Below the pieces are notes generated by a model. That model had not been told where the DNA came from, ran no database searches, and was given only the letters and a program-made list of their open reading frames with translations. A stretch of 27,126 nucleotides of DNA, taken from assembly GCA_041497675.1 (NCBI GenBank), contig JBGQGY010000038.1, forward strand, positions 1-27,126, given 5' to 3'. The DNA comes from a bacterium (GTDB taxonomy: Bacteria; Sysuimicrobiota; Sysuimicrobiia; Sysuimicrobiales; Humicultoraceae). A program made the position numbers and the translations under genes. Shown here one piece after another: positions 16,885-27,105 of the stretch. How positions within the stretch are numbered: position 1 is the stretch's first letter; each line of letters begins with the position of its first letter.

Positions 16885-19335
16885 CTAACTTAAGGGCGGT
16901 GGCTCCGGCAGGCGGCGTTGCTCCGGTTGCACCGGCAGCACCGGCACAAAGGGCGGCACCGTGGGCTGTGGGATCGGCGTCGGTGGTACTGCGATGTCCT
17001 GCTCACGACGCGGCTGCAGCGCCTCCTTCAGGACCTCATCCATGTGCGCGACCAGGACCAGACGCATCTGTTTGCGGACTTTGCCGGGGATCTCCTGGAG
17101 ATCCTTCTCGTTCTCCTTTGGCAGGATGACGGTCCGGATGCCGGCGCGATGCGCGGCCAGGACCTTCTCCTTCAGCCCGCCGATGGGGAGCACCCGACCG
17201 CGGAGCGTGATCTCGCCCGTCATGGCCACGTCGCGGCGGACGGGCCGGCCGGTCACGGCCGAGGCGAGTGCCGTTGCCATGGTGATGCCCGCCGACGGGC
17301 CCTCCTTCGGTACCGCGCCCGCGGGCACGTGGACGTGCACGTCGGTTTTCTGATAGAACTCGTCGTCGATGCCGAACCGGCGGGCCCGCGACCGCACGTA
17401 CGAGAACGCGGCCTGCGCCGATTCCTTCATCACGTCGCCGAGCTGACCGGTGAGGACGAGTTTCCCGTCGCCCCGCATGAGCGTCGCCTCGACGCCCACG
17501 ACGTCGCCACCCATTTCCGTGTACACGAGACCTGTGGCGACGCCGACCTCATCTTCCTTTTCGGCCACCCCGAAGTGGAACTTCGGCGGTCCCAGGTAGA
17601 TGTGCAGGTTGGCGCGCGAGATCCGCTCCGACATCGGCTTGCCCCGGGCCACCTCGGTCGCGATCTTGCGACACACCGTGCCGATCTCGCGCTCGAGGTT
17701 GCGCACGCCTGCCTCACGCGTGTATTCGCGCGCCACCAAACGCAGCGCCTCGCTGGTAAACTTGAGCTGCTCGGGTTTCAATCCGTTCGCCTTGATCTGT
17801 TTGGGGATCAGGAACTGCTCGGCAATCTTGACCTTCTCCTCCTCGGTATATCCGGCGAACCGGATGACCTCCATGCGGTCGCGGAGCGCCGGTGGAATCG
17901 TGTCGAGGATGTTGGCCGTGGTGACAAACATGACCTCGGAGAGGTCCAGCGACAGTTCCAGGTAATGGTCGCTGAAGGCGTGATTCTGCTCGGGGTCAAG
18001 CGCTTCGAGCAGCGCCGCCGATGGGTCACCGCGGAAATCCATTCCCAGCTTGTCGATCTCGTCGAGCATGAACACCGGGTTGCGGGTGCCCGCCGTCTTC
18101 AAGCCCTGGACGATTCGACCCGGCAGCGCGCCCACGTAGGTACGCCGGTGGCCGCGGATCTCCGCCTCGTCGCGTACCCCGCCCAACGAGATTCGGACAA
18201 ACTTCCGGCCCAACGCGCGGGCGATGGACTTGCCGACCGAAGTCTTGCCGACCCCGGGCGGCCCGACGAAGCAGAGGATGGGCCCGCGCGACTCGGGTGA
18301 GAGCTTGCGGACGGCCAGGTACTCCACCACGCGGTCCTTAGCCTTCTTGAGGCCGTAGTGGTCTTCGTCCAGGATCTTGCGCGCGGCGTCGATGTCGAGT
18401 TGATCATCGGTCCGCACGCTCCACGGCACGGCCAGGATCCAGTCGAGGTACGTCCGCACCACGACCGCCTCGGCCACCATGGGCGGCATCTTCTCCAGCC
18501 GCGCCAGTTCCTCCATCGCCTTCGTCTTGACGTGTTCCGGCAGGTTGGCGGCCTCGATCTTCTTGCGGTACTCGCTCACCTCGGCCAGGCGCTCGTCGGT
18601 CTCGCCGAGCTCCTGTTGGATGGCCTTCATCTGCTCTTTTAGGAAGTACTCGCGCTGCGACTTTTCCATCTGCTTGCGAACCCGGTTCTGGATCTTGCGC
18701 TCCAGTTCGAGCACGTGGAGCTCGCGGGTCAGGATGCCGCTCACGCGCTCCAGCCGTGCCTTCACGTCCGCTTCCAGTAGCTGCTGCCGCTCGTCAAGCT
18801 TTAACGTCAGGTGCTGGATGACCAGATCGGCCAGCCGGCCCGGCTCCTCGGCCTGGGTCACGGTCAGGACCTGGTCCGGCGGAATGGACCGGGAGAGCCG
18901 CGCAAACCGCTCGAACTGCGAGACCAGCCCTCGCATGAGGGCTTCGAGCTCGACGCTCTTTTCGGTCAGATCGGGCCGCGGCTCGACCTCGACGACAAAG
19001 TGCGGGTCGTCCTGGACGAAGTCGGTCAGGTTCGCGCGGACGAGCCCTTCCACAATGACCTGTAGGACCCCGTCCGGTTGCTTGCCGACTTGGAGGATAC
19101 GGCACACGGTGGCGACGGTGTGGATGTCCTTGGGCTTGGGATCGTTGACGTCATCGTCGCGCTGTGCGGCCAGGGCAATCAAGCGGCTCTCGCCCACAGC
19201 GGCCTCTAACGCGCTCAGGGACTTCTGGCGCCCGACGCCGAGCCCCTGGACCTGGTGGGGGAAGATCACGGTCCCCTTCAGGGGCAGCAGGGGCAGGCGA
19301 TTGGGAATGTTCGGGAGCTCTTCAGATCGTGTCAC
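16885..19335 (-). CDS. lon: ATP-dependent protease La (LonA)
   Basis: N domain, Walker [26 protein letters not shown], catalytic PKEGPSAG and GGLKEK. GAGGAGG SD before the GTG start. Confidence 0.98.
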   Translation of the reverse strand: MTRSEELPNIPNRLPLLPLKGTVIFPHQVQGLGVGRQKSLSALEAAVGESRLIALAAQRDDDVNDPKPKDIHTVATVCRILQVGKQPDGVLQVIVEGLVRANLTDFVQDDPHFVVEVEPRPDLTEKSVELEALMRGLVSQFERFARLSRSIPPDQVLTVTQAEEPGRLADLVIQHLTLKLDERQQLLEADVKARLERVSGILTRELHVLELERKIQNRVRKQMEKSQREYFLKEQMKAIQQELGETDERLAEVSEYRKKIEAANLPEHVKTKAMEELARLEKMPPMVAEAVVVRTYLDWILAVPWSVRTDDQLDIDAARKILDEDHYGLKKAKDRVVEYLAVRKLSPESRGPILCFVGPPGVGKTSVGKSIARALGRKFVRISLGGVRDEAEIRGHRRTYVGALPGRIVQGLKTAGTRNPVFMLDEIDKLGMDFRGDPSAALLEALDPEQNHAFSDHYLELSLDLSEVMFVTTANILDTIPPALRDRMEVIRFAGYTEEEKVKIAEQFLIPKQIKANGLKPEQLKFTSEALRLVAREYTREAGVRNLEREIGTVCRKIATEVARGKPMSERISRANLHIYLGPPKFHFGVAEKEDEVGVATGLVYTEMGGDVVGVEATLMRGDGKLVLTGQLGDVMKESAQAAFSYVRSRARRFGIDDEFYQKTDVHVHVPAGAVPKEGPSAGITMATALASAVTGRPVRRDVAMTGEITLRGRVLPIGGLKEKVLAAHRAGIRTVILPKENEKDLQEIPGKVRKQMRLVLVAHMDEVLKEALQPRREQDIAVPPTPIPQPTVPPFVPVLPVQPEQRRLPEPPPLS

Positions 19336-19510
19336 TCGTTCCTCCTCAATGTGGGCTCTATAGGCATTAACGAATCGGCCGGACTGGGTGTTCCCCTAAT
19401 CTGTTGTGTACCCAAGTATCGTCGAACAAGCACAACATTCCGTTTGTGTGTGGAAAAGTTTCGCAACACCAAACATAGGCTCTCGAGAACAGTTTTGAGG
19501 ACCGAACAGT

Positions 19511-20776
19511 TTATGACGCGGGCTGCTGGAGGGCCTGATCCGGGACATCGGATGTGGTCATCAAGATGGGACCGGTCCGCCGGAGCACGGCGTCCTCGTT
19601 CATCAGGACGCGGCGGATATCGCCACGCGAAGGGATCTCGTACATGATCTCGAGCATGATCTCCTCGATGATCGCGCGCAGACCCCGGGCGCCGGTGTTG
19701 CGGGTCATCGCCTGGCGGGCGATCGCGCGGAGGGCTTCGTCGGTAAAGTGCAACTCCACGCCGTCCATTTCGAGGATCTTCTGGAACTGGCGCACCAGCG
19801 AGTTCTTGGGTTCGATCAGGACCGCGACGAGATCGTCTTCATCCAGCGGATCGAGCGGTACGATGACCGGCAGACGGCCGATGAACTCTGGAATCAGGCC
19901 GTAACGCAACAGATCCTGCGGCATGACCTGCGCCAGGATCTCAGCGAGATGCTGTTTGGTGCGCGACTGGATCATGGCGCCAAACCCGATGCTGGTCTGC
20001 CGGACCCGCGACTCGATGATCCGCTCCAGTCCGTCGAACGCGCCGCCACAAATGAACAGTATGTTGCTGGTGTCGATCTGGATGAACTCCTGGTGCGGGT
20101 GCTTTCGTCCCCCCTGCGGCGGGACGTTGGCGGTCGTTCCTTCGAGAATCTTGAGTAGCGCCTGCTGGACGCCCTCACCAGACACGTCACGCGTAATCGA
20201 AGGATTCTCGCTCTTGCGGGCAATCTTGTCGACTTCGTCGATGTAGATGATGCCGCGCTCGGCCTTCTTGACCTCGTAGTCCGCCGCCTGGATCAGACGC
20301 AGCAGAATGTTCTCAACGTCTTCGCCGACGTAGCCCGCCTCCGTGAGCGACGTCGCATCCGCGATGGCAAAGGGCACGTCGAGGATGCGGGCGAGCGTCT
20401 GGGCCAGCAAGGTCTTCCCGCAGCCGGTCGGCCCCATCAGGAGGATGTTGGACTTCTGGAGCTCGACATCCGACGGCCGGCGGTACCCGATACGCTTGTA
20501 GTGGTTGTAGACGGCCACCGACAGCGCCTTTTTTGCCCGGTCCTGACCGACGACGTGCTGGCAGAGCGATTCGTAGATGTCTTTCGGTTTGGGAATCGGC
20601 CGTAATGTCGGACGGGGCTCCTCGCCGGTGAGTTCCTCTTCGACGATCTCGCTGCAGAGCTCGATGCACTCGTCGCAAATATACACGCCGGGTCCCGCGA
20701 CGAGCTTGCGCACCTGCGCCTGCGGCTTCGCGCAGAAGGAACACCGCATCTTCTCGCGATCGTCGGTCCGGGCCAA
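19511..20776 (-). CDS. clpX: ATP-dependent Clp protease ATP-binding subunit ClpX
   Basis: Zn finger CSFC...[35 protein letters not shown] and the IGF loop. TTG start. Confidence 0.98.
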   Translation of the reverse strand: MARTDDREKMRCSFCAKPQAQVRKLVAGPGVYICDECIELCSEIVEEELTGEEPRPTLRPIPKPKDIYESLCQHVVGQDRAKKALSVAVYNHYKRIGYRRPSDVELQKSNILLMGPTGCGKTLLAQTLARILDVPFAIADATSLTEAGYVGEDVENILLRLIQAADYEVKKAERGIIYIDEVDKIARKSENPSITRDVSGEGVQQALLKILEGTTANVPPQGGRKHPHQEFIQIDTSNILFICGGAFDGLERIIESRVRQTSIGFGAMIQSRTKQHLAEILAQVMPQDLLRYGLIPEFIGRLPVIVPLDPLDEDDLVAVLIEPKNSLVRQFQKILEMDGVELHFTDEALRAIARQAMTRNTGARGLRAIIEEIMLEIMYEIPSRGDIRRVLMNEDAVLRRTGPILMTTSDVPDQALQQPAS

Positions 20777-20779
20777 GGG

Positions 20780-21385
20780 TTACCCTTCCTTCTTCGCGAC
20801 GTGTTCGCGCGGGTGGATCACTTCGTCGATCAGGCCGTACTCTTTGGCCTGCGCCGCATCCATCCAAAAGTTGCGGTCGGTGTCGCGCTCGATCCGTTCC
20901 ATCGCCTGGCCGGTATGTTTGGCCAGAATATCGTTCATGAGAGAGCGCATCTTAAGAAACTCGCGGGCCTGAATGTCGATATCCGACGTGGTGCCCTGCG
21001 CGCCGCCCCACGGCTGGTGGATCATGATGCGGGAGTACGGCAACGAGGACCGCTTGCCCTTCGTGCCGCCGGCGAGCACCAGCGCGCCCCCGCTGGCCGC
21101 CAGCCCCACGCAAATCGTGGCGATGTTGGGGCGAACGTACTGCATGGTGTCGTAGATGGCCAGCGAGGCGATGAGGTCACCGCCCGGGCTGTTGACGTAG
21201 AGCATGATGTCCTTGTCGGGGTCTTCGCCTTCCAGATAGAGCAGCTGCGCGATGATCAGATTGGCGATGTCGTCGTCGATGGCCCCGCCCAGGAAGATGA
21301 TGCGCTCCTTGAGGAGGCGCGAATAGATATCGTAGGCGCGCTCGCCCCTCGGCGTCTGCTCCACGACCATCGGAATGAGGGCCAT
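20780..21385 (-). CDS. clpP: ATP-dependent Clp protease proteolytic subunit
   Basis: [28 protein letters not shown] and DTDRNFW. GGAGG SD before ATG 21385. Confidence 0.98.
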   Translation of the reverse strand: MALIPMVVEQTPRGERAYDIYSRLLKERIIFLGGAIDDDIANLIIAQLLYLEGEDPDKDIMLYVNSPGGDLIASLAIYDTMQYVRPNIATICVGLAASGGALVLAGGTKGKRSSLPYSRIMIHQPWGGAQGTTSDIDIQAREFLKMRSLMNDILAKHTGQAMERIERDTDRNFWMDAAQAKEYGLIDEVIHPREHVAKKEG

Positions 21386-21386
21386 C

Positions 21387-22637
21387 TCAACCTCCCACAG
21401 GTCCTCGCGCCCGTTCAACGAAGGCGGCGATCGTTTTGCGCCGCCGCAAGACGGCGATCATCCCTTCGCGGCGACCCTCGTTCGCCAGCCACTCCCGCAC
21501 GCGCGCGACATCCTGCTTCAGTTCCTCGGCGACTTTCTCTTCTTCCGCGGCAATCTCCTCTTGTGTAGGAACGAGACCTTCGCGCCTCGCTATTTCATCA
21601 AGAACGAGGCGGACTTTCAAGCGTCGCTCGGCGCGCGGCCGCCATTCCTCCCGCAATCCTGCTGCATCCTTCCCAGATTGTTGCAGGTAGGTCTCCAACG
21701 TGAAGCCCCGGCGCTGGAGCGACTCCACGAGGTCACCAAGCAGGTGATCGACCTCATGATCGATCATGCTCTGGGGGAGGTCGACGGATGATTGGTCGAC
21801 GACCGCGGCAATCACCTGTTCCTCAAATGATTCCCGCGCCCGCGTCTCGGCTTCGGTCCGGAGGCGTTCTTCCAGCCGGGCGCTTAGATCTGCCATGGAT
21901 TCGGCGCCGACGTCTTTGGCAAGCGCGTCGTCCAACGCCGGGAGCTCTCGCCGCCGGACGTCTGCGACGGTGGCCACCAACCGGCCGTCCCCCACGGTCG
22001 CCGTGCGCTCCTCGCCGGACGACGCGCCGGTGAGCGCCGCCTCGACCGGTTCCGGAAAGACACCCGCACCCAGCTCGACCAGGACTTCCCGCCCGACCTG
22101 GAAGCGATCGAGACCCTCGACGGCCGACGGGCGTATCAGTACGAAGTCCCCTGACGCGGCCTTCGCCTCAGGTGCCGACACCAGCCGGCTGCGGCGTTTC
22201 CGCAGTTCCTCGATCGCCGCATCGACGTCGGCATCGGCGAAGACTGGCTCGACCGGCGCCACACGGACCGTGTCGTAGGCCCCGGGATCGACCTCCGGAG
22301 AGACGTCCACCCGGGCCACGAACTGCAGCGGCTTTGCCTCATCGAGGGGTTGCACGTCGAACTCGGGCCGCCCGACCGGGACGATCCCGACTTCGGCGAC
22401 CGCCTGCCGGTAGCCCGAGGACACCAGCTCTTCGATGGCCTCGCCATATAGCTCGTCACGCCCGATGTAGCGCTCCAGGACGGTCCGTGGCGCCTTTCCG
22501 GGTCGGAACCCGGGCACGCGAACCCGACGCGCCAGCCGGGCCGCCGCGCGACCGACTTCGCGGGCGACGTCCTCGGCGGGCAACTCGACTTCGAGAACCG
22601 CCCGGCTCGGGCGTTCCCTCTTCCACTCGACTTTCAT
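21387..22637 (-). CDS. tig: Trigger factor
   Basis: Ribosome-binding motif [18 protein letters not shown] and tig-clpP-clpX-lon synteny. GGAGG lies 6 nt before ATG 22637. Confidence 0.95.
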   Translation of the reverse strand: MKVEWKRERPSRAVLEVELPAEDVAREVGRAAARLARRVRVPGFRPGKAPRTVLERYIGRDELYGEAIEELVSSGYRQAVAEVGIVPVGRPEFDVQPLDEAKPLQFVARVDVSPEVDPGAYDTVRVAPVEPVFADADVDAAIEELRKRRSRLVSAPEAKAASGDFVLIRPSAVEGLDRFQVGREVLVELGAGVFPEPVEAALTGASSGEERTATVGDGRLVATVADVRRRELPALDDALAKDVGAESMADLSARLEERLRTEAETRARESFEEQVIAAVVDQSSVDLPQSMIDHEVDHLLGDLVESLQRRGFTLETYLQQSGKDAAGLREEWRPRAERRLKVRLVLDEIARREGLVPTQEEIAAEEEKVAEELKQDVARVREWLANEGRREGMIAVLRRRKTIAAFVERARGPVGG

Positions 22638-22670
22638 CGGCATCCTCCGGGCCGGCCTTCAGGGGTCATC

Positions 22671-22757
22671 TGGTGCGGGCGGGGGGACTCGAACCCCCAC
22701 CGGCTCACGCCGACCAGATCCTAAGTCTGGCGCCTATACCAGTTCGGCTACGCCCGC
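22671..22757 (-). tRNA. tRNA-Leu (anticodon TAG)
   Basis: Acceptor stem GCGGGCG/CGCCCGC, anticodon arm CCAGA-CTTAGGA-TCTGG, long variable arm, GTTCGAGTC T-loop and an encoded ACCA end. 87 nt. Confidence 0.97.
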
Positions 22758-22783
22758 GGCGGGGCAATACCTTCAACCGAATA

Positions 22784-22812
22784 ATTGTATTCGAGCCTCG
22801 ACCGTCGTGCAA
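22784..22812 (-). promoter_or_regulatory. sigma70-type promoter of tRNA-Leu/tig
   Basis: TTGCAC (22812-22807), N17, TACAAT (22789-22784). Confidence 0.7.
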
Positions 22813-22888
22813 TCGGCGAGAGCGGCACTATTTCGGGCGCTTGAACCAATACGCTACCTCGCGTACGCCTATTATACTGGAGCTGTCC

Positions 22889-24307
22889 ATGACCGATCTC
22901 GACCCCACCAATGTTGAAAGCATCGGCGTCGCGCTCCGCAGCGCGGATTCCCAGAACCGACTTGCACCGATCGGCCTGCGCCGCGTGTTGATCGGCCCAG
23001 ACGTGCTACCGGCGCTCCCCGGCCTCGTGGCCGAGATGGCCCGAGGGCCGCGCGTCGTCGTGGTCATGGACCGCACACCGATGCGGCGCGGCGAGCGCGA
23101 CCTCAAACCCGACGTCGCCCGTCTGCTGTCCGAACGGTTCTCCGTGGAGACCGCCGTCATCGGCGCTGACAAACCGGAACTCCACGGTGACGAGCGCGAT
23201 CTCCGCGAGGTCGGCGCCGCGATCGCCGGCGCCGGTTGTGTCGTCTCAGTAGGATCGGGCACGATCACCGACCTGTGCAAGGAAGGCACGCGGCAGGCAG
23301 GCAATGTGCCCCTGGTCCTGGTGCAGACCGCCGCATCGGTGAACGCCTTCTCGGACGACATGGCCGTCCTCGTGAAGTCGGGGGCCAAACGTACCATGCC
23401 GTCCAGGTGGGCCGATGCATTGCTGATCGATCTGGAGATCCTGGCCGGCGCGCCCATCCCCATGACCCTGGCCGGGTTTGGCGATCTCATGGCGGTGTGG
23501 ACCGCTCCCGCGGACTGGTACCTGGCGTCGCTGCTCGGGATGGATGACTCGTATCACCCGGCGCCGGTGGCCATGTTGTATGGGCCCGCCCGTGCGTTGC
23601 TGGCGGGGGCCTCGGGGCTGTCGCAGCGCCGGCTCGACGCGCTCGATCTGCTGGCGCGTGTCCTGACGCTGAGTGGGTTCACCATGGGCGTGGCCGGCAA
23701 GACGGCGCCCCTCTCGGGTACCGAACACCTGATCGGACACCTGATCGACATGGCGGCCATCCAGAGCGACCGCGCGACGGCGTTGCACGGAGCCCAGGTG
23801 GCCGCGACGACGGTGGTGGCCGCCGCCGCGTGGCACATCTTCCTCAACGAGTTCGACCCGGCTTCTGCGGATCTCACACGCGCGTTCCCGGCGCCGGACG
23901 AGATAGAACTGATGGTCCGCGCGGCGTTCGCCACGATTGATCCGGCTGGGCGCGTCGGCGACGAGTGTTGGAACGACTACCGGCAAAAGCTGCAGCGGTG
24001 GCACCGGGCGCGGCCGCGGATCGAGGCCTTCATCCGCAAGTGGCCCGAACACCGCGTGGCCCTCGGCGGGATGACCACGAGCCCGGAAGAGATCGCGGCG
24101 GCGCTGCGGGCCGCCGGCGCGCCTGCCCGCTTTGGGGACCTGGTTCCCCCGGTGCCGCCAGATGTCGTCCGATGGGCGGTGCTGAATTGCCATCTGATGC
24201 GCAACCGGTGCACCCTGGCCGACCTGCTGTTCTTTCTGGGATGGTGGGACGCGGCGTTTGTCGAGCGGGTGCTCGATCGGGCGCGCGCAGCCGGAGGAGG
24301 ACTCTAG
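22889..24307 (+). CDS. sn-glycerol-1-phosphate dehydrogenase-like protein (AraM/EgsA; DHQS/Fe-ADH superfamily)
   Basis: SVGSGTITDLCK, TAASVNAFS, AGFGD, ADW, SGTEHLIGH and LHGAQVA (metal-binding His). GGAG lies 6 nt before ATG 22889. The track's upstream extension runs antisense through tig and the tRNA. Confidence 0.85.
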   Translation: MTDLDPTNVESIGVALRSADSQNRLAPIGLRRVLIGPDVLPALPGLVAEMARGPRVVVVMDRTPMRRGERDLKPDVARLLSERFSVETAVIGADKPELHGDERDLREVGAAIAGAGCVVSVGSGTITDLCKEGTRQAGNVPLVLVQTAASVNAFSDDMAVLVKSGAKRTMPSRWADALLIDLEILAGAPIPMTLAGFGDLMAVWTAPADWYLASLLGMDDSYHPAPVAMLYGPARALLAGASGLSQRRLDALDLLARVLTLSGFTMGVAGKTAPLSGTEHLIGHLIDMAAIQSDRATALHGAQVAATTVVAAAAWHIFLNEFDPASADLTRAFPAPDEIELMVRAAFATIDPAGRVGDECWNDYRQKLQRWHRARPRIEAFIRKWPEHRVALGGMTTSPEEIAAALRAAGAPARFGDLVPPVPPDVVRWAVLNCHLMRNRCTLADLLFFLGWWDAAFVERVLDRARAAGGGL

Positions 24308-24310
24308 ATC

Positions 24311-24991
24311 GTGCCCGAGTTCATCCTGATGCTCACGTACAACGACGCCACGGTCGAGAACGCGCTGGACGTGTATCGTGACGTTCGCGACGCAGATCTA
24401 CGGTACGTGGGCTTCAAAGACGTTGGGTTACCCTTTGACCGGCTTCGGGCACTCGCCGACGCGATCCGCGCGGATGGCCGGCGCGTGCTGCTCGAGGTCG
24501 TGAGCGAGAACCGCAGCGACGAGCTGCGATCGGCGCAGGCGGGGCTCGATCTGCACGTCGACTATCTGATGGGCGGGACCCACGCCGGTGACGTCACCCG
24601 CATCATCGCCGGGTCGCCGGTCCGGTACTTCCCCTTCCCTGGGAGGGTGATCGGTCACCCGAGCCTGCTGCGCGGCACGGTGCCCGAGATCGCCGAGAGC
24701 GCCCGCCGGCTGGGCGCGACGCCCGGCGTCCACGGACTCGATCTGCTCGCGTACCGATACGACGGCGACGTCGATACGCTGGTGGCGGCTGTGGTGGGCG
24801 CGGCCGGTGTGCCGGTCATCGCGGCGGGCAGTATCAGCACGGAGGCGCAGATCCGGCGTCTCGCGGGGCTTGGGGTCTGGGGATTCACGGTGGGCACGGC
24901 AATCTTCGAGCGGCGGTTTGCGGCGCGCGACGCGTCACTCAGAGCACAAGTCGACGCCGTGTTAGAGGTCAGCAACGCCGCCGGAGGTTAG
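24311..24991 (+). CDS. Uncharacterised TIM-barrel protein (ribulose-phosphate-binding-barrel-like)
   Basis: GGAGG SD, 3 nt after the upstream stop. Beta/alpha periodicity with GFKDVG, LEVVS and a C-terminal phosphate-binding-type AAGSI...GFTVGTAIF. Confidence 0.75.
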   Translation: MPEFILMLTYNDATVENALDVYRDVRDADLRYVGFKDVGLPFDRLRALADAIRADGRRVLLEVVSENRSDELRSAQAGLDLHVDYLMGGTHAGDVTRIIAGSPVRYFPFPGRVIGHPSLLRGTVPEIAESARRLGATPGVHGLDLLAYRYDGDVDTLVAAVVGAAGVPVIAAGSISTEAQIRRLAGLGVWGFTVGTAIFERRFAARDASLRAQVDAVLEVSNAAGG

Positions 24992-25962
24992 TACGCCGCC
25001 AGCCGGCGGATCGCGGCGGCGATCTCGTCGACCTGAGGCTGGAACGCGGCTTCCAACACAGGGTTGTGGGGTACCGGGGTATCTTCGCTGGCCAGCCGGA
25101 CAACGGGACCATCGAGCGAGTCAAAGGCTTCTTCCGCGATGATGGCGGCGATCTCGCCACCGATGCCGCCGGTGCGAGTGGCTTCGTGGACGATCAACGC
25201 CTTGTTGGTTTTGCGGACCGACGCGAGAATCGCCTCTTTGTCCAGCGGCAGGAGGCTTCGTAGGTCGATGACTTCTGCGTCGACGCCCTCGGCGGCGGTC
25301 TGCTCGGCCGCCTGCAGACACTTGTACAGCATCCAGCCATAGGAGATCACTGACAGCGTCTCGCCGGTGCGGGCGACGCGTGCTTTGCCGATCGGTGTGA
25401 CGTGCTCGCCTTCGGGGACCTCTTCTTTTTGATAGCGGTAGAGATGTTTGTGCTCGAAGTACATGACGGGGTTGGAGTCGCGGATGGCCGCGATCAGCAA
25501 TCCCTTCGCGTCTTCCGCGCGCGCCGGCGCTACGACTTTGAGGCCGGGCGTGTGCGTAAACCACGCCTCTTTGCACTGCGAGTGAAATGGGCCGCCCTTG
25601 ACGTCTCCCCCGTACGGCATGCGGATGACCATCGGCAGCGGGCGTCCGGTGCGCCAGTGGTACGTCGCCGCCATGTTGACCACCTGGGTCATCGCGTCGG
25701 TCACAAAGTCGGCGAACTGCATCTCGACGACCGGGCGCATGCCCATGACCGCCGCGCCCACGCACGCGCCGACGTTGGCGGTCTCGGAGAGCGGGCCGTC
25801 GATGACGCGCCAGGGGCCAAACTCGTCGAAGAAGCCCTTGGTGATGCCAAAGGCCCCGCCGTAGACGGCGATATCCTCTCCGATCACGAAGACCCGCGGG
25901 TCGCGGCGCATCTCAGTGCGCAGCCCATCACTGATGGCCTCGAGGTAGGTCATCTGCGCCAC
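24988..25962 (-). CDS. 2-oxoacid dehydrogenase E1 beta subunit
   Basis: GEDIAVYGGAF, PLSE, EMQFADF, GPFHSQ, YFEHKHLY and IDLRSLLPLD. GTG 25962 overlaps the alpha stop (TAGTG), with GGAGG 7 nt upstream. Confidence 0.93.
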   Translation of the reverse strand: MAQMTYLEAISDGLRTEMRRDPRVFVIGEDIAVYGGAFGITKGFFDEFGPWRVIDGPLSETANVGACVGAAVMGMRPVVEMQFADFVTDAMTQVVNMAATYHWRTGRPLPMVIRMPYGGDVKGGPFHSQCKEAWFTHTPGLKVVAPARAEDAKGLLIAAIRDSNPVMYFEHKHLYRYQKEEVPEGEHVTPIGKARVARTGETLSVISYGWMLYKCLQAAEQTAAEGVDAEVIDLRSLLPLDKEAILASVRKTNKALIVHEATRTGGIGGEIAAIIAEEAFDSLDGPVVRLASEDTPVPHNPVLEAAFQPQVDEIAAAIRRLAAY

Positions 25963-26969
25963 TAGTGGTCCTCCGGCTCCGCGTACACGCCCTCGGTGAA
26001 GGACTCGGGCGCAGGCTCGGGGCTCGCTTCCGCCCACGACAGGCTTTCCTCGATCTCACGGGCGATCTGCTCTTGCATCTGCCGATCGGCGTCGGGTGTC
26101 AGCGTGCCGTCTTCGCGCAGACGGCGCTCGAAGAGCGCGATGGGGTCGCGCGCGGCCCACTCGTCGAGCAGCGCCTTGGGGACATAATCGTAGCGATCGG
26201 CCTCGCTGTGTCCGCGGACCCGCATCGTCCGGCACTCGATGAGCGTCGGGCCCTCGCCGCGGCGGCCGCGGTCCACGGCTTCACGCGCTGCCTCGAAGAC
26301 CGCCAGCACGTCATTGCCGTCGACGGACACGCCCGGGATGCCGTATCCGGGTGCCTTGTCCACGAATGCGCGGGCCGCGGTCTGCCGCTCGAGCGGCGTC
26401 GTGTACGCGTACTGGTTGTTTTCGAGCACCAGCACGACCGGCAGGCGGAAGACCGCCGCGAAGTTGACGCCCTCGTGCCAGGCGCCGGTGCTGGTGGCGC
26501 CGTCGCCAAAGAACGTCAGGACGACCCGCGGCTCTCCGCGTTGCCGGCAGGCCAGCGCCATACCCGCGGCCACCGGCACGGACGCGGCCATGTGGCTGAT
26601 AAACGGAAAGATACCGAGCGAAGGGTCGCCCATATGCACGTTGCCGTCGCGTCCGCGGGACAGCCCGCCCTCCCGATCGAGGAACTGCGCGAAGACGCGA
26701 CGCACCGAAATGCCGCGCATGATATAGGCGGCCAGGTCGCGGTGCATCGGCGCGATGAGATCGTCGGGTCCCAGCGCGTAGGTGGCGCCGACGACGGTGG
26801 CCTCGTGGCCCCAGCCGGTGAAGTACGCGCCCGGGATGCGTCCCTGGTAGTAGAGTTTGACACCGCGATCTTCGACGGCCCGCTGGAGACGCATGTAGTA
26901 CAGCATCTCCCGCAGGTGCTTGGGAGTGAGCGTTTCGCCCGTCGCGGAGGCGACTGTGATCGCGCTCAT
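25962..26969 (-). CDS. 2-oxoacid dehydrogenase E1 alpha subunit (TPP-dependent)
   Basis: TPP motif FGDGATSTG...ENNQYA, plus VDGNDV, GPTLIE and RVRGHSEAD. Start is ATG 26969 or GTG 26984. Confidence 0.92.
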   Translation of the reverse strand: MSAITVASATGETLTPKHLREMLYYMRLQRAVEDRGVKLYYQGRIPGAYFTGWGHEATVVGATYALGPDDLIAPMHRDLAAYIMRGISVRRVFAQFLDREGGLSRGRDGNVHMGDPSLGIFPFISHMAASVPVAAGMALACRQRGEPRVVLTFFGDGATSTGAWHEGVNFAAVFRLPVVLVLENNQYAYTTPLERQTAARAFVDKAPGYGIPGVSVDGNDVLAVFEAAREAVDRGRRGEGPTLIECRTMRVRGHSEADRYDYVPKALLDEWAARDPIALFERRLREDGTLTPDADRQMQEQIAREIEESLSWAEASPEPAPESFTEGVYAEPEDH

Positions 26970-26985
26970 GTTGAGTTGGCGCACG

Positions 26986-27061
26986 TGGGGGGCCGTCCGG
27001 GACTCGAACCCGGAACCAGCTGATTAAGAGTCAGCTGCTCTACCAGTTGAGCTAACGGCCC
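26986..27061 (-). tRNA. tRNA-Lys (anticodon CTT)
   Basis: Acceptor stem GGGCCGT/ACGGCCC, D arm AGCTCAACTGGTAGAGC, anticodon arm GCTGA-CTCTTAA-TCAGC, GTTCGAGTC and encoded CCA. 76 nt. Confidence 0.97.
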
Positions 27062-27077
27062 ACGGTAACCGTCCACT

Positions 27078-27105
27078 ATTATATCCGAGCCCGTCGAGGT
27101 GTCTA
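27078..27105 (-). promoter_or_regulatory. sigma70-type promoter of tRNA-Lys
   Basis: TAGACA (27105-27100), N16, TATAAT (27083-27078). Confidence 0.7.

Noticed and set aside
22172..22888. 711-aa ORF implying a long N-terminal extension on the G1PDH-like protein
   Set aside because: The extension is antisense to tig and tRNA-Leu and is low-complexity Arg/Pro sequence. The SD-led ATG at 22889 fits the family length.
22671..27061. Genomic island integrated at either tRNA
   Set aside because: I saw no integrase and no duplicated tRNA 3' end, and the genes between the tRNAs are ordinary metabolic genes.
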